Part shown: piece after piece, positions 27,271 to 32,000 of the stretch
Position numbering within the stretch: the stretch's first letter is position 1
Layout of the letters: every line of letters begins with the position of its first letter
Source of the DNA: Zymomonas mobilis subsp. mobilis ATCC 10988
GTDB taxonomy: Bacteria > Pseudomonadota > Alphaproteobacteria > Sphingomonadales > Sphingomonadaceae
Reading direction: 5' to 3'
Assembly: GCF_000175255.2 (NCBI RefSeq)
Contig: NC_017262.1
Location: 1,140,001 to 1,172,000 of the forward strand
Length of the DNA: 32,000 nt
Program-made: the position numbers and the translations under genes
The notes under the pieces: generated by a model
Database searches by the model: none
Told to the model about the DNA's origin: nothing
What the model saw: the letters and a program-made list of their open reading frames with translations, nothing else

Positions 27271-28230
27271 ATGCGCCATCTGCCTGATTTTGAAGCTTGG
27301 GCTATCTTTGCCAAAGTGGCTGAATCAAATTCTTTTTCAAAGGCAGCCTTAGCTCTGGGGTTGTCAAAAGGGACGGTATCAAAAGCGATTTCCCGACTTG
27401 AAGAAAGGATGGGAACCTCTCTTCTTCATAGAACCTCCCGCCATTTATCTTTGACGGAAAGCGGGCGCGTCGCTTTGACACGTGCGACTCATTTATTGGA
27501 AGAAGGTGAAGCGATTGAAGCGGAAGTTTCTGAAGATGCCAATAATCCTTATGGTGTCGTCAGGATCGCATCGCCTATTTCTTTTGGTATTCAGGCTTTG
27601 GGACCCATTCTTCCTGAATTTCTGGCGGAATATCCTCGGGTCGGTATTGATCTTCATTTAAGCGATTCCAGAGTCGATGTTATCGCCGAAGGCTTTGATA
27701 TCGCTTTAAGAATGGGTGATCTTCCAGATTCTTCTTTGCGGGCCCGGCGTTTATTTTCAATTCGCCGACCTGTTGTGGCATCACGTGCCTATTTGGATCG
27801 TCATGGCCGCCCAACGCATCCACGCGAATTAAGCCAACATGAAGTTATTATTTATTCCCATATCGAGCATCCCCATATCTGGCGCTTTTCTCATCCAGAA
27901 GAGGGGCGGGTAGAGGTCAAGGTGGATGGCCGTGTTCATGTCGATAATGGTGATGTGGCCATGGGGCCTTTGCTGTCAGGAATCGGCATTGCTTGCCAAC
28001 CGGAATTTTTTATCTGGCAAGCGTTGAGGGATGGCGTTTTAGAAGAATTATTCCCTGAATGGACGATACCGCCTTACGGGATGTTTCTTTTGACCCCACC
28101 AGGACGGGCGCGTCCGGCAAGGGTGCGGGCATTACTTGGCTTTTTAGCCCAGCGTTTCCAGAAAGCTCCTTGGGTTGTCGGAAAAATGGAACGCCATTGG
28201 TGGAATGAATTGCATCCTCCCTTCGAGTAA
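27271..28230 (+). CDS. LysR family transcriptional regulator
   Basis: The N-terminal wHTH region FAKVAESNSFSKAALALGLSKGTVSKAISRLEERMGTSLLHRTSRHLSLTESG is followed by a LysR substrate-binding domain. Confidence 0.9.
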   Translation: MRHLPDFEAWAIFAKVAESNSFSKAALALGLSKGTVSKAISRLEERMGTSLLHRTSRHLSLTESGRVALTRATHLLEEGEAIEAEVSEDANNPYGVVRIASPISFGIQALGPILPEFLAEYPRVGIDLHLSDSRVDVIAEGFDIALRMGDLPDSSLRARRLFSIRRPVVASRAYLDRHGRPTHPRELSQHEVIIYSHIEHPHIWRFSHPEEGRVEVKVDGRVHVDNGDVAMGPLLSGIGIACQPEFFIWQALRDGVLEELFPEWTIPPYGMFLLTPPGRARPARVRALLGFLAQRFQKAPWVVGKMERHWWNELHPPFE

Positions 28231-28254
28231 AGGCCATAAAATATGGCCTTTCTT
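28231..28254 (+). terminator. candidate terminator after the LysR gene
   Basis: 8-bp stem AGGCCATA (28231-28238) / TATGGCCT (28242-28249) with loop AAA and tail TTCTT. It starts directly after the TAA stop. Confidence 0.5.
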
Positions 28255-28268
28255 ACTCGATCGGGAGG

Positions 28269-28949
28269 TTATTTGTTTGGGTAACGTAAGCGACCCAATA
28301 AGCGGGAAAATGAAAATTTGCTGTCTTCTGAACGTTTGAACCAGCTTTTAATTTTATGAACTTTCATAAAATTCCCGATCCGTCTGGCTAGAAACTGGCG
28401 GGTATTAGCGAGTTCGGGATCTTTATCATCAAGATAGACGTATAAAGTCGCCATATAAATGGCATCCAGTGATAAACGGCGGGTGTAATAGGAAAAATCA
28501 GTCGATTTATCGCCTGCCAGTTTCCAGATCAGATCAGCTGCATGCCAGCTAAGCTGGGATGAATGAGGAACATGGCTTGGCATTACCAAAATGCTTAAGG
28601 CACGCCGCAGCGCCTCACGATAGGGTTGCATGATTTCGAGGCGCGCCATAATCAAAGCCTGAATTTTGTCTCTGACCCGCATGTCATCCAATGACAGGCT
28701 TTCGACCTTTTCAATCAGAGCTTTGTCGACAGAGTCAAACCACGCATCTATCATCTGAATACGGCCGTCATGAAAGGCTAGTCTAGCTCTCTCAATCGGA
28801 ATTTTATGCTGGTAAGCGGCTAAAGCCAGAGCCTGATCGCTCCAACCATCAAAGGCTACATGTTCGGGAAGGCTTGGAGCAATGGCTTGTCTTATTTCAT
28901 CCAAGGTCATTTCATCGGGATTGCTGCCCGACGGAGAGGAATCTGTCAT
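28269..28949 (-). CDS. COQ9-family protein (the 'rpsU-divergently transcribed protein' family)
   Basis: The C-terminal region LIWKLAGDKSTDFSYYTRRLSLDAIYMATLYVYLDDKDPELANTRQFLARRI matches the COQ9 signature as I remember it (GD-S-D..YT-R..L..Y...E...D.S....T..FL.RR). Confidence 0.8.
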   Translation of the reverse strand: MTDSSPSGSNPDEMTLDEIRQAIAPSLPEHVAFDGWSDQALALAAYQHKIPIERARLAFHDGRIQMIDAWFDSVDKALIEKVESLSLDDMRVRDKIQALIMARLEIMQPYREALRRALSILVMPSHVPHSSQLSWHAADLIWKLAGDKSTDFSYYTRRLSLDAIYMATLYVYLDDKDPELANTRQFLARRIGNFMKVHKIKSWFKRSEDSKFSFSRLLGRLRYPNK

Positions 28950-29158
28950 AATAATCCTTCACAGCCAAGAGGATGTCTCTTTAATTGAATAAAGTGACCT
29001 TTGTAATACTGCTATTACTAGAAAAAAGGTCAACATATTAGCGGTGAATTTTAGATGAAGTTTTTCATGACAGTCAGAGTAAAATGACAGATGTTATCAG
29101 AAAGATCGGGCGGCCTGCCGTCTTTATTATAAGACAACAGGCACTATCCCTTTCAGAT

Positions 29159-29578
29159 TTAAGATAATTTTTTCTTGAGATTGAACATGGTAATAGCCGC
29201 CTTGGCTGCATCACCACCCTTGTTTTTTTGTTGAGGATCAGCGCGAACCAAGGCCTGCTGTTCATTTTCGACGGTCAAAATACCGTTACCGATCACTAAA
29301 CCATCTAAAGTCAAAGCCATAACGCCACGGGCGCTTTCTGAAGCGACGATCTCGAAATGATAGGTTTCGCCCCGAATAACCACGCCTAAAGCGACAAAGG
29401 CATCATAAAGACCGGTATCAGATGCCATAGTAATGGCTGCCGGAATTTCGAGCGCGCCCGGCACCGTAATGACTTCACATTCGTGACCAGCTTCTTCAAT
29501 GGCCTGTTTGGCACCTTGAATCAGCATATCATTCAAATGGCTATAGAAACGTGCTTCGACAATTAAGAATTTAGCCAT
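29159..29578 (-). CDS. ribH: 6,7-dimethyl-8-ribityllumazine synthase
   Basis: [14 protein letters not shown]...VPGALEIP...[16 protein letters not shown] is typical of lumazine synthase. A GAAGGAG RBS lies inside the end of ribBA, and the gene starts 1 nt after the ribBA stop. Confidence 0.92.
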   Translation of the reverse strand: MAKFLIVEARFYSHLNDMLIQGAKQAIEEAGHECEVITVPGALEIPAAITMASDTGLYDAFVALGVVIRGETYHFEIVASESARGVMALTLDGLVIGNGILTVENEQQALVRADPQQKNKGGDAAKAAITMFNLKKKLS

Positions 29579-29579
29579 T

Positions 29580-30719
29580 TCAGGCTCCTTCGGTAATAGG
29601 CTGTTCGCCCGTTATGTTAAGGCCATATCCAGCCAAGGCTACAGGCATATGGTGGCTGTTCGTCAGAAGAATCATATCTCTGACCCCCAATTCCGCCAGA
29701 ATTTGTGCGCCTATACCATAATCGCGGTGAATCGTTTCCTGATTTCGGCTGGCAGCCCATACAGAGCTTTTATCGGCACTATTTTCCTGTGAACGTTGAA
29801 CAAGAACAACGACACCAGCCCCTTTCTTTGCAATGATTTCCATCGAACGGGATAAAAGCTGCTGCCTAGAGCCTGTTTGACCCAGCATATCCGTAAAAGG
29901 ATCAATGGCGTGCATCCGAACAAGGGTCGGTTCATCAGCTGAAATCTGTCCTTTGACCAAGGCCAAGGATTCGCTGCCGGTCGCTTTGTTTCTGAAACGG
30001 ATGGCTTGCCAATCACCGCCATAAAGGCTGTTGAAAGATTTTTCTTCTATCAACTCGACATTATTATCATGTTCGCGCCGCCATGCGATCAAATCGCGGA
30101 TGGTGCCTATCTTGATATTATGTCTTTGAGCAAAAGTGACCAGATCATCAAGACGAGCCATTGTCCCGTCTTCTTTCATCACTTCACAGATAACACCGGA
30201 AGCATTTAATCCAGCCAAACGTGCAATATCAACAGCGGCTTCCGTATGTCCCGCCCTGACCAGAACGCCGCCCGATTTTGCGGCTAAGGGGAAAACATGA
30301 CCTGGGGTTACGATGTCTTCTGCACCGCGAGAACTGTCGATAGCAACTGCAATGGTTCTTGCCCTGTCGCCAGCAGAAATGCCTGTTGTAACACCTTCTT
30401 TGGCTTCAATCGAAACGGTGAAAGCCGTTTGCAGAGGCGCGTTATTCTCGCGTGACATCGGGGCTAGACCCAAACTAGTTACGCGCTCTTTAGTCATGGC
30501 GAGGCAGACCAATCCTCGTCCATGCGTCGCCATAAAATTGATGGCTGCCGGTGTTGCCATCTGTGCCGGAATAATCAGATCGCCTTCATTTTCACGATCT
30601 TCATCATCAACCAGAATAAATATTCGACCATTCCGTGCTTCTTCGATCAGCTCTTCAACCGAAGATAGAAAAGGATGCCGTTTGGTCGATCCTTTTACAA
30701 TAGGGGTGTTCTTACTCAT
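29580..30719 (-). CDS. ribB: 3,4-dihydroxy-2-butanone-4-phosphate synthase fused to a degenerate GTP cyclohydrolase II-like domain (RibBX type)
   Basis: The N-terminal half carries DHBP synthase motifs ([31 protein letters not shown]). The C-terminal 160 aa align to RibA, but the zinc-ligand cysteines are replaced and this half contains no Cys at all. The ATG overlaps the ribE stop (ATGA). Confidence 0.9.
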   Translation of the reverse strand: MSKNTPIVKGSTKRHPFLSSVEELIEEARNGRIFILVDDEDRENEGDLIIPAQMATPAAINFMATHGRGLVCLAMTKERVTSLGLAPMSRENNAPLQTAFTVSIEAKEGVTTGISAGDRARTIAVAIDSSRGAEDIVTPGHVFPLAAKSGGVLVRAGHTEAAVDIARLAGLNASGVICEVMKEDGTMARLDDLVTFAQRHNIKIGTIRDLIAWRREHDNNVELIEEKSFNSLYGGDWQAIRFRNKATGSESLALVKGQISADEPTLVRMHAIDPFTDMLGQTGSRQQLLSRSMEIIAKKGAGVVVLVQRSQENSADKSSVWAASRNQETIHRDYGIGAQILAELGVRDMILLTNSHHMPVALAGYGLNITGEQPITEGA

Positions 30720-31336
30720 ACCGCGACATTTCCTAAAGCATTCATTCTGGCAAGATAGCGCGAGAGAACATCAATTTCGATATTGACAAAATCACCGGCT
30801 TTCAGATCGCCCAGCGTGGTTTTTTCGGCGGTGTGAGGAATGATGTTGATAGAAAACAGCACTTTGCCATCGACATCTTTAACTTCGTTCACCGTAAGTG
30901 ATACGCCGTCGAGAGAGACTGATCCTTTTTCTGCAATATGCGGGGCGACTTCGGGGCCAGCTTCAATCAGAAAATTATGGGAGTCACCGACCGCCGTAAT
31001 CGAAACAACTTTACCAATGCCATCGACATGACCTGTAACGATATGGCCGCCCAATTCATCGCCTATTTTTAAGGCACGTTCCAGATTAAGTTTTTGGCCT
31101 TTTTCCCAGCGTCCCGGTGCCGTGCGGGAAACAGATTCGCCAGAAACGGTAACCTCAAACCAGTTGCGAGGCGTTGTCCCTTTGTCAACCACGGTCAGAC
31201 AAACACCGGAACAGGCGATAGAGGAACCGGTAGGAACGGTATCCATAGGATATTCTGTTGCAATACGAATGCGGCGATCGCCTTCCTGCGTAACAGAAGT
31301 AATCTCGCCAATATCGGTAACAATGCCGGTGAACAT
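30716..31336 (-). CDS. ribE: riboflavin synthase (alpha chain)
   Basis: The N-terminus MFTGIVTDIGEI and the internal duplication (GSSIACSGVCLTV / GSVSLDGVSLTV) are canonical for riboflavin synthase. Confidence 0.93.
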   Translation of the reverse strand: MFTGIVTDIGEITSVTQEGDRRIRIATEYPMDTVPTGSSIACSGVCLTVVDKGTTPRNWFEVTVSGESVSRTAPGRWEKGQKLNLERALKIGDELGGHIVTGHVDGIGKVVSITAVGDSHNFLIEAGPEVAPHIAEKGSVSLDGVSLTVNEVKDVDGKVLFSINIIPHTAEKTTLGDLKAGDFVNIEIDVLSRYLARMNALGNVAV

Positions 31337-31424
31337 GGGGTAAGCTCCGTTCCTGTGAAGGGTAATAAAATTATTTTATATATTGTTTTTTGATAAATTT
31401 ATTTTTTTGTAAATAAGCCCATTT

Positions 31425-32000
31425 TTATATTCGTAAATAGGCTTCCAACTGGTCATTGCCAAGCGTTCTTCTCTCTTTGAGATGCCAACGATGATGCGCT
31501 TCAGATAAATTCGTTAATCCAATATCAGCCAAGGCATGCAAGCCCTTCCCAATAAGAATAGGGGCGCGATAGAGTAATATCCGATCAACCAGATCGGCCT
31601 TTAAAAAAGCCGCGGCTGTTTTTGCCCCGCCTTCAATCAGGACATGATCGGCAGTTGTTTTGATAATATCTGTGGGCTCTCTTAATCCAATCCAGCCGGA
31701 AGGGATTTCTCCATGGCCTAAAACTGCTTTTTTCGGTGAGCGATCGCCTAAACCTTGTAAGCGGACATTGAGAGAGGGCTTGTCAAATTCCAGTGTTTTT
31801 CGACCGACAACAATCAGCTCTGATCGCATTCTTTCCAAATGGGCATGCGCTCTCGCCCTTTCTCCGGTAATCCACTGGCTTTCGCCATTTTCTAACGCGA
31901 TACAACCATCAAGCGAAGTCGCCATCTTTAACGTAACATAAGGCCGAGCTTTCAGTTGACGACTGAAAAAACCAGACATCGATTGCGCCGCCTGCTTCTC
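31425..32000 (-). CDS. ribD: riboflavin biosynthesis protein RibD, C-terminal reductase domain (5' part beyond window edge)
   Basis: RPYVTLKMATSLDGCIA and the RibD_C fold motifs (LIEGGAKTAAAFL) are present. The frame stays open through the window end (reads ..EKQAAQSMSGFF..), so the deaminase domain and the true start lie outside the window. Confidence 0.85.
   Translation of the reverse strand, partial: EKQAAQSMSGFFSRQLKARPYVTLKMATSLDGCIALENGESQWITGERARAHAHLERMRSELIVVGRKTLEFDKPSLNVRLQGLGDRSPKKAVLGHGEIPSGWIGLREPTDIIKTTADHVLIEGGAKTAAAFLKADLVDRILLYRAPILIGKGLHALADIGLTNLSEAHHRWHLKERRTLGNDQLEAYLRI

Noticed and set aside
31337-32000. FMN (RFN) riboswitch for the rib operon
   Set aside because: The ribE-ribD spacer (31337-31424) is short, AT-rich and lacks RFN-like conserved segments. 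The ribD 5' end lies outside the window, so any riboswitch would be beyond the right edge.

Overview
This is a chromosomal, mostly housekeeping window that looks alphaproteobacterial. Supporting that are an ATP12 chaperone, a COQ9-like protein, a short ProRS lacking the INS domain, yfgM-bamB-der and tpiA-secG-pyrG synteny, and moderate-to-low GC with very AT-rich spacers. A Sphingomonadales/Zymomonas-like origin is only my guess and cannot be checked here.

I call 30 protein-coding genes (ribD runs off the right edge), one tRNA-Asp(GUC), several clean hairpin/T-run terminators (four of them bidirectional between convergent genes) and a tandem NrdR operator upstream of an orphan nrdB. Many gene junctions are 4-8 bp start/stop overlaps (47/50, 4234/4237, 16559/16566, 17806/17809, 24997/25000, 30716/30719).

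I see no transposase, integrase, CRISPR array, toxin-antitoxin pair or recognisable defence gene, so there is no obvious novel mobile or defence system. The most system-like unexplained unit is a compact four-gene operon at 3191-7566. It encodes a membrane-anchored DUF459-type SGNH protein, a long exported SGNH protein with two insertions, an MBOAT acyltransferase and a small bitopic protein. No polysaccharide synthase is nearby and a SleB-type cell-wall hydrolase lies convergent to it. That makes it a PatA/PatB/Ape-like glycan O-acylation module of unknown substrate.

Secondary leads:
- An orphan plus-strand intrinsic terminator in the 490-bp proS/pyrG spacer (candidate sRNA).
- A stand-alone 2Fe-2S domain ORF that looks like the C-terminal module of a PDR/VanB-type reductase.
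- A basic 143-aa protein of unknown family, divergent from a LysR regulator.
- A RibB fusion whose GTP cyclohydrolase II-like half has lost all zinc-ligand cysteines (RibBX type).

All functional calls rest on motifs I recognised by eye. No database search was run.
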